This document shows, piece after piece, positions 62,928 to 64,000 of a stretch of 64,000 bases of DNA. The translations under genes and the position numbers were made by a program. The notes beneath the pieces were generated by a model. The model was not told the DNA's origin, did not search any database, and saw nothing but the letters and a program-made list of their open reading frames with translations. Source of the stretch: the human T2T-CHM13v2.0 reference genome, Homo sapiens; NCBI RefSeq assembly GCF_009914755.1, contig NC_060928.1; one strand, written 5' to 3'. Each line of letters opens with the position of its first letter. Position 1 is the stretch's first letter.

Positions 62928-63342
62928 TGTTAAGGACCAAATGTTTCTACCCTTCCAAAATTCATGTGTTGAAGCCCTAAACCTCAGTTGAGGCTACATT
63001 TGGAGATGGGGCCTCTAAGGAAGTACTTAAGATTAAATGAGTTCAAAACATTGGGACTTTGATCTGATAGGTTTGGTGTCATTATAAAAAGAGATACCAA
63101 AAATTCTCTTTCTCTCTCTCTCCTGTCCCTCTCTTTTTCTCATGCACTGACAAAAGGCCGTATGAGAACCTAGCAAGGAGGTAGCCATCTGCAAGCTACT
63201 AAGAGAACCCTCGCCAGAAACTAAATCCAACAAACCTTTATCTTTCATGTCTAGACTCCACAAATGGGAGAAAAAAAAAATTATCTGTTGAAGCCATCCA
63301 ACCTGTTGTATGTCGTTATGGCCACCCATGCTGACTAATAAA
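62928..63342 (+). mobile_element. MaLR solo LTR (MLT1A/MSTC-D type)
   Basis: caaaattcatgtgttgaagccctaa; tttggagatggggcct; 5-bp TSD atgat at 62923-62927 and 63343-63347. Confidence 0.88.
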
Positions 63343-63398
63343 ATGATGAAAGAAAAAGGGAACAGATCCAGGAAATTCAATCTATAAGAAAAAAGAGA

Positions 63399-63855
<457 letters not shown>

Positions 63856-64000
63856 TTAAAATAAATAGAAATATTTCTATGAACAAAGACCATTTCTACA
63901 GATATCAAAAAAAGTTACCCACAAAGAAATAAAAAAAAAAACTGTATTCATGTGACTATAATAATTAAAAAATTAAGAATGGATTAATTAATGTCTACAG

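Overview
AT-rich, repeat-dense hominoid genomic DNA, most likely human (it contains an AluYa5 and an L1PA2-like 3' end). It looks intergenic or deep-intronic, and I recognise no cellular protein-coding exon, RNA gene or prokaryotic-type system. All convincing ORFs are fragments of dead LINE-1 ORF1, ORF2 or ORF0; the others are Alu, antisense-L1 or microsatellite artefacts. The main structure is a pair of same-strand L1PA elements, a full-length L1PA4-like copy (34631-40756) and a 5'-truncated L1PA5-like copy (41541-47129), inserted separately about 780 bp apart into one ancient antisense L1ME. The two copies share private frameshifts, a nonsense codon and a 455-bp tract with only 4 mismatches, which points to repeated interlocus gene conversion. 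The full-length copy keeps an ORF0 frame with a usable splice donor. The AluYa5 shows unusually heavy CpG decay. Repeat subfamily names come from remembered consensus motifs rather than a database search, and boundaries of old repeats are approximate.
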